This document shows positions 9,882-18,895 of a stretch of DNA of 64,000 nt, one piece after another. Numbering within the stretch: the stretch's first letter is position 1; every line of letters starts with the position of its first letter. Made by a program: the position numbers and the translations under genes. Below the pieces are notes generated by a model, which was not told the DNA's origin, made no database searches, and saw only the letters and a list, made by a program, of their open reading frames with translations. Origin of the DNA: a virus (lineage: Duplodnaviria > Caudoviricetes); IMG/VR virus record IMGVR_UViG_2551306228_000004, positions 55,192 to 119,191 of that record. One strand, given 5' to 3'.

Positions 9882-11220
9882 GTTTTTCTTCCTCTTCCGT
9901 TCTTCTAAATTCTCTGGCAATGGCTTCAATAACTGTGACAGTCACGCTATTGCCGGCCTGTTTGTATAGTTGGCTCTTACTAGAAACACTCTCTGCTCTT
10001 TCATAAGCCCAATCAGGAAAGCCTTGCAGTCTAAAACACTCTCTTGGTGTCAGTCGTCTAATTCTCAGGCGATAAAGTTTTCCGTCTAGAACAATGCCTG
10101 TGACTTCATACCACTTAGCCTGTCGATATTCAAGAGCAGCAACTACCACTCCCATATTGTCTGAAGTCGTCAGCGTATTGGATATTCCCTTTCCCACTCG
10201 TCCCCTACGTTTGGTTGAGTCTGGATAAGCCAGATTGACAGAGTCTCCAAGAGTTGCCTTTGCGTACCCTGTTTTTGTGGCTTCCTTGATTTTCAGAAAT
10301 GGCAGCTCCTCCCTCAGCAAAATTTTTGGCACCTTATCTCCACCTTGCATGGTGGTCAAAGTCGGTGACAAGCCAGCAATGTCAAATACTCTTCCAGTTT
10401 GGTCAAAGCTAGTCGGCAGATTTCCTGCGACAACAACTCCGTGTCTGTCTTGACTGGTCAAAGTAAACATAGGGTCTTGATTGTCCTTAAATCGACGACC
10501 ATGTTGGCGTTTTTCTAGTCTATCTGGTGTTAAAACTGGAATGGCGATTTTTGCCCCCTCTCCTTTACCTCTTGTTAGTGTAGGAGCAAGTCCATTCGTC
10601 AGATAGACTTCACCATTCAAACCACGTTTAGAGGGATTGATATTTCCTAGCCTTTCAAGATGAGCTGGGCTGTTTTCTCTTCTGAGAGGAAATATGAATC
10701 TGGAACGGTATCTTCTAGAATGTCCGATAATAAAGACCCGCTCTCTGTTTTGCGGGACTTGGAAGTCCTTACTGTTAAGCACCTGCCATTCGACATCATA
10801 CCCCAATTCATCCAACGTGGAGAGGATTGTGGCGAACGTCCGTCCCTCGTCGTGATTGAGTAGGCCTTTGACGTTTTCCAAAAATAGAAAACGTGGTTGG
10901 ATTTGTTTGGCCGCTCGAGCAATCTCAAAAAAGAGAGTCCCTCGAGTATCTTCAAATCCCAATCGTCTGCCTGCGAGTGAAAATGCTTGGCAAGGAAATC
11001 CCCCGCAGATGATGTCCACTTGCCCTCTAAATTGTCTAAAGTCATGGTCTGTGACCTCTTTAATGTCATGGTATTCTATTTCCCCTTCTGTGTTAAACAT
11101 AGCTTTATAAGATGTTCTGGCGAATTTATCAATTTCACAAAAGCCCAGGCATTTATGACCTTGTGATTCCATCCCTAGCCTAAAACCGCCTATTCCAGCA
11201 AATAAATCTAAAAATTTCAT
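9865..11220 (-). CDS. DNA (cytosine-5) methyltransferase with several TRD-like modules (ICE)
   Basis: FAGIGG, GFPCQ, ENV, QNRER, RRLTPRECFRLQGFP, KQAGNSV. Confidence 0.93.
   Translation of the reverse strand: MKFLDLFAGIGGFRLGMESQGHKCLGFCEIDKFARTSYKAMFNTEGEIEYHDIKEVTDHDFRQFRGQVDIICGGFPCQAFSLAGRRLGFEDTRGTLFFEIARAAKQIQPRFLFLENVKGLLNHDEGRTFATILSTLDELGYDVEWQVLNSKDFQVPQNRERVFIIGHSRRYRSRFIFPLRRENSPAHLERLGNINPSKRGLNGEVYLTNGLAPTLTRGKGEGAKIAIPVLTPDRLEKRQHGRRFKDNQDPMFTLTSQDRHGVVVAGNLPTSFDQTGRVFDIAGLSPTLTTMQGGDKVPKILLREELPFLKIKEATKTGYAKATLGDSVNLAYPDSTKRRGRVGKGISNTLTTSDNMGVVVAALEYRQAKWYEVTGIVLDGKLYRLRIRRLTPRECFRLQGFPDWAYERAESVSSKSQLYKQAGNSVTVTVIEAIAREFRRTEEEEKHEPTT
10647..11069 (-). CDS. Nested +1-frame ORF, putative beta subunit of the ICE C5 MTase
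   Basis: 140 aa ending LSDILEDTVPDSYFLSEEK; homologous nested ORF in the phage MTase; AAGAGG 9 nt before its second ATG. Confidence 0.6.
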   Translation of the reverse strand: MTLKRSQTMTLDNLEGKWTSSAGDFLAKHFHSQADDWDLKILEGLSFLRLLERPNKSNHVFYFWKTSKAYSITTRDGRSPQSSPRWMNWGMMSNGRCLTVRTSKSRKTESGSLLSDILEDTVPDSYFLSEEKTAQLILKG

Positions 11221-11271
11221 TTTTCCTCTCTTTCCAACTAAAAAAGAGCCTTACACATGTAAAACTCTTGC

Positions 11272-11367
11272 TTATATATGATCATCCATTTCTGGTGCAC
11301 GAATGATTTCAACAATCAAAATGATGATAGAAATCAGATAGATTCCGCCTAGTATCCACAAAATCAC
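11272..11367 (-). CDS. 31-aa single-TM peptide
   Basis: GTG start just after repA stop, preceded by GGAGG; MILWILGGIYLISIIILIVEIIRAPEMDDHI*; followed by hairpin and T-run. Confidence 0.5.
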   Translation of the reverse strand: MILWILGGIYLISIIILIVEIIRAPEMDDHI

Positions 11368-11368
11368 C

Positions 11369-12187
11369 TTATTCACCTCCCTTTACTTCTTGTCGTCTCA
11401 GTTGCTTGGTCCACTCTGATAGCACACCATTAAATACGTATTCAGCTATTACTTCCGCTGACCGAGCAAATCGCATATGTTCCAAAGCATACTGATAACG
11501 GTCACTAAAATAAATCATGGCATAGTCACTAGCTGACTGAGATAGACCTGTCTGTCTTAACTGGTCATGAACCAAACCCCAAATATAGTCTCGATCGTAC
11601 TTGGTCACGCCATCGACTTTTGCAGTAAAGTTTTCTTCTTGTTTCTCATCTACCAGCTGTCTCTCCTCCTCATCCTCAATAAGGAAATCACTCCCTTTAG
11701 TTTCACTACATTTAGTCTCACTTCTTTCAGTCTCACTAGGGGCTGAATTTAAGACCGGCCCCGTCTTTCTTTGAGACCCCCCTAGTGTTTTTTTAACACT
11801 AGCCCCGTCTGTATGTAAGACTGGGGTATTATCATGTTCTAATTCCCCCAAGTAAATTTTATTTGCCATTCGACCTCTTTCACTAGAGGACTGTTGGACT
11901 TCATCAATTAAGCCATAGTCACGTAAGTTTTTTTTGATTGAAAGTAATTTTGACTTTGAACAGCCTAATAGTGCCATCAGATTTGAATTGGAATAAATCA
12001 AATAAATAGCCCCATCCTCATCAATCCAACCTTTACTCAAAGACAACTCCAACCGATCTTTTAAAACCGCGTAGGCTACCTTAACCTCCAGCTTCATATC
12101 CTTATAACGTTCACTCTCAAACAAGACTTTTGGGAGTTTATAATAACGCTCTGATGTCTGATACTGATTAGCGGTAATACGTTTCAT
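11369..12187 (-). CDS. repA: RepA_N-family replication initiator
   Basis: ERYYKLPKVLF...YAVLKDRLELS...GWIDEDGAIY RepA_N signature. Confidence 0.9.
   Translation of the reverse strand: MKRITANQYQTSERYYKLPKVLFESERYKDMKLEVKVAYAVLKDRLELSLSKGWIDEDGAIYLIYSNSNLMALLGCSKSKLLSIKKNLRDYGLIDEVQQSSSERGRMANKIYLGELEHDNTPVLHTDGASVKKTLGGSQRKTGPVLNSAPSETERSETKCSETKGSDFLIEDEEERQLVDEKQEENFTAKVDGVTKYDRDYIWGLVHDQLRQTGLSQSASDYAMIYFSDRYQYALEHMRFARSAEVIAEYVFNGVLSEWTKQLRRQEVKGGE
11735..11830. repeat. Iteron-like repeats inside repA
   Basis: Repeated GCCCCGTCT/AGAC units and the inverted repeat CTAGTGTT..AACACTAG in the central linker, where RepA_N origins normally lie. Confidence 0.5.
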
Positions 12188-12189
12188 GA

Positions 12190-12357
12190 TTATCCCTCCA
12201 AGACTAAAAGTCCAACATTTCCGAATTCATCAAATCGGATTAAACCTACTTGTTCCAATTCATCAACCAGATGAGTTGCTTTCTCAATATCAACTCCTAA
12301 AATAGCCACGAGATGGCACATCACGATTTGGCGTGATGATTTTTCCTTCTTTTGCAT
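12190..12357 (-). CDS. Small hypothetical protein upstream of repA
   Basis: AGGAGG RBS, MQKKEKSSRQIVMCHL..., 55 aa. Confidence 0.65.
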   Translation of the reverse strand: MQKKEKSSRQIVMCHLVAILGVDIEKATHLVDELEQVGLIRFDEFGNVGLLVLEG

Positions 12358-12567
12358 GATTACCTCCTTAAAATAAAAAAACGAGAACACTTATTAAAAT
12401 GTTCTCGTTGAACTATTATATTTTATGACGTATCTATTTTTTGTCTACGCAGTCGACATCCAAACAGACATTCACATCAATGTACTTTTTTTGAACCTTT
12501 TTTATGTCAAAATCACTCTTTTCAATAAAGACAAAATGCTTGAAAAAGTGCTTAAAATAAAGGATTT

Positions 12568-12609
12568 TTACCCGTTGCTTCGTTGTAGCAACACTACGCA
12601 CTCCACGTG
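12568..12609 (-). other. att junction: duplicated rumA (rlmD) 3' end
   Basis: CACGTGGAGTGCGTAGTGTTGCTACAACGAAGCAACGGGTAA = HVECVVLLQRSNG*, the C-terminal motif of RumA/RlmD, with no upstream gene body. Confidence 0.85.
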
Positions 12610-12716
12610 TGCTGATAGGTATTACCTATATTATGGAACGAATTGAAATTACAAGTTGTTAAGATGATATTATGGAACAAAATACTTGTATTACGCTCGC
12701 CATTTTTCCATAATAA

Positions 12717-13225
12717 CTAAACTGGATGTACACTAGCCATCAGACCATGAGCTATAAAACATCTGTCATTTTGAAAGCCTGAAACCATTCTATAGGCAAC
12801 TGCCCAAAGTAAATAATCACCTATACCAATTACTTTTATTTTATTGCAAAACTCATACTCGCTAATTTTTCTTCTTGAATCAATCGGATGTGTAAGAAAC
12901 TCACTTTGCAAAAACTCCATGATGCGCCACCCAAAACTAAATCAGCATGAGAATCAATATGAACAACGTCAAAAGGATCTGAAAGCATTTTACTATTAAT
13001 AAGTTCTTTCCAAAATATCAGTGCCTAATTATGACCGGTCAATATTCTTCCTGGAATTTTGTGATTTTTTGATAATCCTAAATTTTGTTCTAAAAATTGT
13101 CGAACTTCCTCTTCAGTCCATACTGAATCCCCATAGTACTCTTCATCATGTCTTACTTCACAAGAAAATGGAGTACTTGCTATTTCAGTCATAAAATAAT
13201 CCATATCTAAATCCAAGACTCTCAT
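12717..13225 (-). pseudogene. UPF0489-like (arginase-fold) pseudogene
   Basis: MRVLDLDMDYF... in-frame TAG at 13025-13027, frame continues ALIFWKEL...VVHIDSHADL, then shifts into the 12717-12920 frame and truncates. Confidence 0.7.
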
Positions 13226-13264
13226 ATCAACACCTCCTATAAATTAGACAACTTTCGAAAATTG

Positions 13265-16084
13265 CTATTGTTTACGCAATAACAATATATTAGAATGCAA
13301 ATCAACCGATACCACTTTAAATCCTGCTGCTAGGATGGCATTCGGCATTGTATGGGTTGGTGATGGAGTCCAGTATGCAGAATAGTTGTATGCTGACTTA
13401 CAAAGGTTGCAACCAATAATGGCTTCAATATCAGTAAAGGTCAATGTCAGTTCGGTTTTCCCACAGTTTTCAAGATACTGATTCAACTTTGAAAACTTAT
13501 CTTTTTCCTTCGGTTCTTCGTCCATTTCACCGACCTGCACAAGTGCATTACTAAGTTCATCACATTTATCAATCATCCAGGCAAAGTATTCTTCCTGCTT
13601 TGATGGATTGAACACATCGGCTTCACGCTTATAGATGATGCGTTTTGCCTCACTACCTTTACGGCTGGAATACCAGTCAAGCTTGTTTCCAAAGATTTCT
13701 TCAATCTTGTTCTTCTTACTTTCGAGTCTTTCAAACGCTTCTTTATTATAAACATAAATCAGTAAGGATAAATACTTACTGCGTGTAACGGTATAAGAAA
13801 GATGGTAATCAGAACCATTCACAGGAATATCATACCAATTCTGTGCCAATGGTTTACGAAGAGCAATGTCAGTATCTCTGCCTTCTTCCTTACAGTATTC
13901 TACAAAGCTTGACCAAAATTTAAGTTGAAGCTCCCCTAAATCGCCTACGGGCTTAGAAGGTTGTTTTCCTTTGCTTGATGAATCAGCAGGTTTTTCCGAT
14001 TCTTCTGATAGCGGGGCTGGGACAGCCCTGCCATCATTTACCCATGTAACATAGATGAGTTTATTCATCTGTTCTGAAGTAAAACTAAACTTCCATCTGT
14101 TTTCCATGAACTCCAGAAGTTTCTTGCTTCTCTGATAAATCCGGTCTGCTGTCCAGTCAGATTCCTTGGCAACCTCAATTTCAGAATGCGATCCATTCTG
14201 ATAACCTCTTCGGCCACCGTTCTTGGATGTTTTCTTATCCTCAAAACTATCATTCTGCAATGCTGAATTGATACTCTGTGAAAGAGGAAGTAGGTTTCCA
14301 AGAGTGCAGGACAATAATTCGATTTCCTCGCCGCTAAACTGTCTAAATTGATTACGCCAATAGAACCTTGACGGAGTCTGCGGAAGAATATGCTCAATAG
14401 AAACTTTGTCCTTTTCAGTCTTTGTAAACATCTCCCAACTCACCTTATCCAGGTTGTTTTTCTTTGCAAGCTGGTACTCATACTCATATAAGAAGTACTT
14501 GATAGAATTCCAGTAATAGAAACCACCCTTGTTATCGAAGTGCTTTTCTATCTTGGTTATAAAGTTCGGAAGTGCATATTCGATATTGGCATCCGTAGTT
14601 TCATTGATATCATTGATTAAATCATCAATATCCATTTCCTTGAGGTAAATGCTGCGTGATGCACGATAATACTCACTGCTTCTGAATGTGGCATTAAAAT
14701 ATCCAAGACGGAAACAAATAAAGATAAATCTCTCAACGGCTGTATACAGTTCAATCCTCTTTTCCGGTTTCAAGTCTCTTCGGCTGATAACAGCCATAAT
14801 CAATGGTCTGAAATGTCCAATGCCGATGCGGTTCAAACGATCCACCCATACCTTTTCATCATCGGAAAGGTTCTCACTCTGGAATGGAAAGAAAGTATCA
14901 TACCAGTACTTTGCCATATTTTTCAGACTGTTTGCATAGTCAAGGATTTCTCCATGTTCAAGTTTGGAAACCTCAACAGTTTCTACTTCACCAGATTCAT
15001 CTTCAATGTCAGTATCCGAATCATAGTCCGTATCACTAACAACCGTCAAGGAGTCATCGGCAACAGCCACCGTTTTCTTTTCAAAAATATTCTTGGCAGA
15101 GAACTTGTTCAAAAGGAAATGAATATAGTCATCACCTTTTCTTCTGGAGTAAGCGAAATACACAATCCAATGTGCCCTCAAAAAATCATCATCCGAGAGC
15201 GGGGTCTTCTCATTTCTGCCAAGCTGGAAGTACACTTCCTTCCAGGTATCATTAATCTGTTTACGCAGATTCTCTTTATCCATCTTATCGAACTTACTTT
15301 CCGGATAAAGAGTTGTCAGGTAAATTAGTCGGTTCTTCAATAATTCCAGGTTTGTGAGTTTCTTACCACGGTTATTCATGGTTTCAAATGCTACAAACAC
15401 ATCGTAATCATCATCGATTTCATGAATGTTAAACATTAGCCTCTGCGTCAGTTTGAGGTATAATTCATTGATTCCATCCATGCCTTCGCTCTCATAGAGG
15501 GCGGTCAGATTCTCTCTAAAGAAGTTCTTGGCAAACTTCAGATTTCTTGTGTAGTACGTTTCATTAACGGTCCCGGAATAAGGCTCATTAAAAATTTTGT
15601 ACTGTAAATAGTCAGAACTAGGGTTGTCCACCTCATAACCGAACAGGTATGTAGTTATCTGCTTATTCGGCGGTCTATGTTGACAAATATATTTGGCAAC
15701 TACATCTTCCAACGTTTCATATCCCAGCACAATATCCCGGTCGGATAAACCTCCATTCTCTTTTAATATTCTGGAATACTCCACGATTTCATTTAAAAGA
15801 ATAACAAAAGTTGTCAGTCTCTGCTGTCCATCAACAATATGACAGGGCTTGAATCCTTTTGATTCCATCCAAAGATCACTACCCCACGATGTTGTTTCAG
15901 AAGATTTCAGATTCTTAAGAGACAATAAACCTGTATAGTGATATCTTCCTTCTTGAAGATTTACTAAATCATCCCAAAAATCAGTAAGCTGTGACTGCTG
16001 CCAAGCATAGCCTCTCTGATAATCCGGAATTCTGAAAAGTCTGTTTTGAAAAAGTAAAGAAAGCGGCTGTAGTTCATTTGCCAT
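13265..16084 (-). CDS. GmrSD-like (DUF262 + DUF1524/HNH) nuclease with DUF4268-like and extra C-terminal domains
   Basis: IPDYQRGYAW, VDGQQRLTT, FETMNNRGKKL; SIEHILPQ...LGNLLPL...N HNH; LQLKFW...AQNWYDI; C-terminal LTLTFTDIEAIIG...SAY domain. Confidence 0.85.
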   Translation of the reverse strand: MANELQPLSLLFQNRLFRIPDYQRGYAWQQSQLTDFWDDLVNLQEGRYHYTGLLSLKNLKSSETTSWGSDLWMESKGFKPCHIVDGQQRLTTFVILLNEIVEYSRILKENGGLSDRDIVLGYETLEDVVAKYICQHRPPNKQITTYLFGYEVDNPSSDYLQYKIFNEPYSGTVNETYYTRNLKFAKNFFRENLTALYESEGMDGINELYLKLTQRLMFNIHEIDDDYDVFVAFETMNNRGKKLTNLELLKNRLIYLTTLYPESKFDKMDKENLRKQINDTWKEVYFQLGRNEKTPLSDDDFLRAHWIVYFAYSRRKGDDYIHFLLNKFSAKNIFEKKTVAVADDSLTVVSDTDYDSDTDIEDESGEVETVEVSKLEHGEILDYANSLKNMAKYWYDTFFPFQSENLSDDEKVWVDRLNRIGIGHFRPLIMAVISRRDLKPEKRIELYTAVERFIFICFRLGYFNATFRSSEYYRASRSIYLKEMDIDDLINDINETTDANIEYALPNFITKIEKHFDNKGGFYYWNSIKYFLYEYEYQLAKKNNLDKVSWEMFTKTEKDKVSIEHILPQTPSRFYWRNQFRQFSGEEIELLSCTLGNLLPLSQSINSALQNDSFEDKKTSKNGGRRGYQNGSHSEIEVAKESDWTADRIYQRSKKLLEFMENRWKFSFTSEQMNKLIYVTWVNDGRAVPAPLSEESEKPADSSSKGKQPSKPVGDLGELQLKFWSSFVEYCKEEGRDTDIALRKPLAQNWYDIPVNGSDYHLSYTVTRSKYLSLLIYVYNKEAFERLESKKNKIEEIFGNKLDWYSSRKGSEAKRIIYKREADVFNPSKQEEYFAWMIDKCDELSNALVQVGEMDEEPKEKDKFSKLNQYLENCGKTELTLTFTDIEAIIGCNLCKSAYNYSAYWTPSPTHTMPNAILAAGFKVVSVDLHSNILLLRKQ

Positions 16085-16127
16085 TATTTAGTCCTCCTAT
16101 CCTTTTATCATTCATTAAATTAGTTTT

Positions 16128-16137
16128 ATTATACCAC
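16128..16137 (-). promoter_or_regulatory. Extended -10 promoter of the GmrSD-like moron
   Basis: TGGTATAAT about 45 nt upstream of the AGGAGG-ATG start. Confidence 0.6.
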
Positions 16138-16176
16138 GAAACAACAAAAAAACTGCAACCTTTCGGCCACAGTCAC

Positions 16177-17565
16177 TTACAAATCTACCTCAGTCCCCTC
16201 TAAGAATTTTACACTTATCTGCCCATCTTCTGAAATTGTAATACTGTCCAATACCTGACACATCTCATACGAATCGAATTCCCAGGATGGCTTGTTTATC
16301 ACTTCAGCCAACTTTGTACTATAATGCTTTTCTAGCGGACGATTTTCTTCTAGAATCTTATTCCACTTCCCATGCAACAGATCCACGTTCTCACTCAATA
16401 GTTCTACAGCCATTACTACGGCTTTCTCTAACGTTTCTTCATCAATATGGTTATTCTGACAGCCAATCTGTCCTTTGACCCTATATCGATTGTTACATTG
16501 CCAAACCTTGCGTTTACCTCGACTGGTGGTCCAGTTCTTTCGACCAAAGGCTGAACCACATTCTTTACAGAACACCTTAGTTGTAAAAGGGTTATCGTCA
16601 TTTTGCATGATATAGGACTTGAGCTGATGCTCCTCTCGGTAGGCTTTCCTCCTTGCCAATTCCAACTGTACTAATTCCCAAGTGTCTTTGTCAATAATAG
16701 CTTCATGGCTATTTTCTACATAGTATTGGTTAACTTGACCATCATTGGCAATCCGTTTCTTAGTCAAAAAATCAACTGTAAAAGTCTTTTGTAATAAGGC
16801 ATCACCCTTATACTTTTCATTTTGAAGCATTTTCTGTATTGCGCTTGGATACCAATTTGCCTTTCCCGTCCAACCAGGTATTTCATTGTCATTCAAATAC
16901 TTAGCAATGGATTCAGGACTATACCCCTCTAAGAATTTCTCGTATATGTATTTTACAGTTTCAGCTTGCTGAGGGTTAATGATAAGCCTACCATTCTCAT
17001 CCTTGTCATAACCCATGAACTTTGTGGTATTCACCCGAACTTCCCCACATTCAAACTTCTTACGAATTCCCCACGTCGCATTCTCTGAGATAGAGCGTGA
17101 CTCATCCTGTGCTAAGGAAGAAAGGATTGTAAGGAGAACTTCACCTTTGGAATCCAGGCTGTCAATATTCTCTTTCTCAAAAGTCACACCAACACCAAGT
17201 TCTTTCAACTCTCGGACGTACTTAATGCAGTCAAGGGTGTTTCTGGCAAAGCGACTGATCGACTTGACCAAAATCCTATCCACCTTACCAGCCTTACAAT
17301 CTTGTATCAAGCGATTAAAAGCATCACGTTTTTTGGTATTGGTTGCTGAGATGCCCTCATCCGCATAGATGTCAACTAACTCATAGTCCTCGTGTTTGGA
17401 GATAAACTCTCTGTAATAATTAACTTGGTTTTCATAACTTGATAGCTGTTCTTCTTGGTCGGTGGACACTCGACAATATGCGGCTACTTTGATTTTCTTC
17501 CTGACCTGATGAAGAACGCTGGTCTGCACTTTCTTGGCCGGAATAACTGTAATACTTTTCCCCAT
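16177..17565 (-). CDS. Large serine recombinase 2
   Basis: AYCRVSTD catalytic Ser, KSISRFARN, recombinase domain, zinc ribbon CKECG...WQC. Confidence 0.93.
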   Translation of the reverse strand: MGKSITVIPAKKVQTSVLHQVRKKIKVAAYCRVSTDQEEQLSSYENQVNYYREFISKHEDYELVDIYADEGISATNTKKRDAFNRLIQDCKAGKVDRILVKSISRFARNTLDCIKYVRELKELGVGVTFEKENIDSLDSKGEVLLTILSSLAQDESRSISENATWGIRKKFECGEVRVNTTKFMGYDKDENGRLIINPQQAETVKYIYEKFLEGYSPESIAKYLNDNEIPGWTGKANWYPSAIQKMLQNEKYKGDALLQKTFTVDFLTKKRIANDGQVNQYYVENSHEAIIDKDTWELVQLELARRKAYREEHQLKSYIMQNDDNPFTTKVFCKECGSAFGRKNWTTSRGKRKVWQCNNRYRVKGQIGCQNNHIDEETLEKAVVMAVELLSENVDLLHGKWNKILEENRPLEKHYSTKLAEVINKPSWEFDSYEMCQVLDSITISEDGQISVKFLEGTEVDL

Positions 17566-18673
17566 TTCTATCCCTTTCTAATACTGTAATTGGTGAGGTT
17601 ATCTCCCAATTTGAAATGTCTACTTCTGGCACTCGCATCCCTCGACAAGCTACTTTTCCCTCTTTTATATACTTGGAACAGCACCAAACAATTTTTTTCT
17701 TATAAGAAACTTGTCTCTTTAATGTTGAACCACAATGCTGACATTTTAACAAACCTGTAAATTTATAGGTTTTGTTTCTACCTTGTTGCCATCTTCTACT
17801 ATTTAATTTGTCCTGAACTGCTTGCCAATCTTCTTTTGAAATAATGGCTTCATGATTATCTTCAATCAAGTATTGTTCAAGTTCGCCTTGGTTCAATTTT
17901 TTAGGACCATTCACACCATCATGGAAATACTTCTGCAGTAAGACTGAACCTTTGTATTTTTCATTGCTTAACATTTGACGGATCGTGGTATCATGCCATT
18001 TAGCACCTGTGACAGTCGCAACTCCCTTTTCATTTAACTGTTTGGCAATGCGATGTGTACCATTTCCTGCAAGGTAAAGTGCAAATATTTCCCTTACTAT
18101 TAAGGCTTCTTCAGGATTGATAATCAACTCACCGTTTTCGTCAACATCGTATCCTAAGAATCGCTTGGTGTTAATGACCAGCTCTCCTCGTTGGAATTTC
18201 TTCTGAAAAGCCCAACGTTGATTGCCACTCATACTCCTTAACTCGTCCTCTGCAATACTCGCTAATACTGAAAGCATCACTTCCCCCTCACTTGAAAGGG
18301 TATGAATGTTTTGCTCCTCAAAGAATATGTCTACTCCTATCGCTTTCAGTTCACGACTAATTTCAAGAACTGTAACCGTGTTTCTGGCAAAGCGTGCAAT
18401 TGACTTGGTATGAATAACATCAATCTTACCTCTACGACAATCTTCAATCATTGCTTGAAAATTTGGACGATTATCCTTAGAACCAGATATACCTCTGTCA
18501 TGATAAACACCTATAAAATCAATATCGTCTCTATTGGAATACAGGTTTTCAAAATACTGCTTCTGATTTTCTAATGAATCTAACTGACTTCCATTGGTCG
18601 TCGAAACTCGAATGTAGGCACAGACCCTCTTCCTATGTTTTTGTCTATTGACTCTAATCTTCTTTACGGACAT
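17432..18673 (-). CDS. Large serine recombinase 1
   Basis: AYIRVSTT, KSIARFARN, CQHCG...WCC; overlaps recombinase 2 by 134 bp. Confidence 0.93.
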   Translation of the reverse strand: MSVKKIRVNRQKHRKRVCAYIRVSTTNGSQLDSLENQKQYFENLYSNRDDIDFIGVYHDRGISGSKDNRPNFQAMIEDCRRGKIDVIHTKSIARFARNTVTVLEISRELKAIGVDIFFEEQNIHTLSSEGEVMLSVLASIAEDELRSMSGNQRWAFQKKFQRGELVINTKRFLGYDVDENGELIINPEEALIVREIFALYLAGNGTHRIAKQLNEKGVATVTGAKWHDTTIRQMLSNEKYKGSVLLQKYFHDGVNGPKKLNQGELEQYLIEDNHEAIISKEDWQAVQDKLNSRRWQQGRNKTYKFTGLLKCQHCGSTLKRQVSYKKKIVWCCSKYIKEGKVACRGMRVPEVDISNWEITSPITVLERDRNGEKYYSYSGQESADQRSSSGQEENQSSRILSSVHRPRRTAIKL

Positions 18674-18699
18674 TTACTCTCCTTCCTATGTAATGGCAC

Positions 18700-18735
18700 A
18701 CTATATATCACTCTAAAAAGGATATTAGTCAAGTT
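18700..18735 (-). promoter_or_regulatory. Promoter-like element upstream of recombinases
   Basis: TTGACTAATATCCTTTTTAGAGTGATATATAG; shares the CCTTTT(T)AGAGT-x-ATAT core with the 38.8 kb and 44.2 kb leaders. Confidence 0.5.
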
Positions 18736-18803
18736 ATCAGACAAACTAATTCGACCTGATAAATTTATGCCATAGTTCATGGAATACAAATATTCCTCCT
18801 ACT

Positions 18804-18834
18804 TTACTAGGTAGGTTTGGGAGCGATTTTTCCG
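18804..18834 (-). promoter_or_regulatory. Bipartite motif copy A (CGGAAAAA-N13-TACCTAGTAA)
   Basis: Same spacing as three copies at 49.1-49.3 kb; followed by AGGAGG. Confidence 0.6.
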
Positions 18835-18853
18835 CGCTTTTTGAAAAAAAGGC

Positions 18854-18890
18854 AAAAAAATAAAGCCTGATGTTCCCACCAGGCTTATAT
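18854..18890 (-). terminator. Rho-independent terminator after lysin
   Basis: AAGCCTG...CAGGCTT stem followed by T-run on minus strand. Confidence 0.7.
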
Positions 18891-18895
18891 CTTAA

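Larger units (their letters stand above)
1..12603 (-). mobile_element. ICESa2603-family integrative conjugative element, start of element (continues beyond left edge)
   Basis: Gene order repA_N - C5 MTase - hypothetical - ArsC/Spx-like - HTH - CAAX protease - hypothetical - virD4 - small membrane protein - virB6 - prgI - virB4 - murein hydrolase matches streptococcal ICESa2603-type elements; bounded by a rumA 3'-end copy at 12568-12609. Confidence 0.88.
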
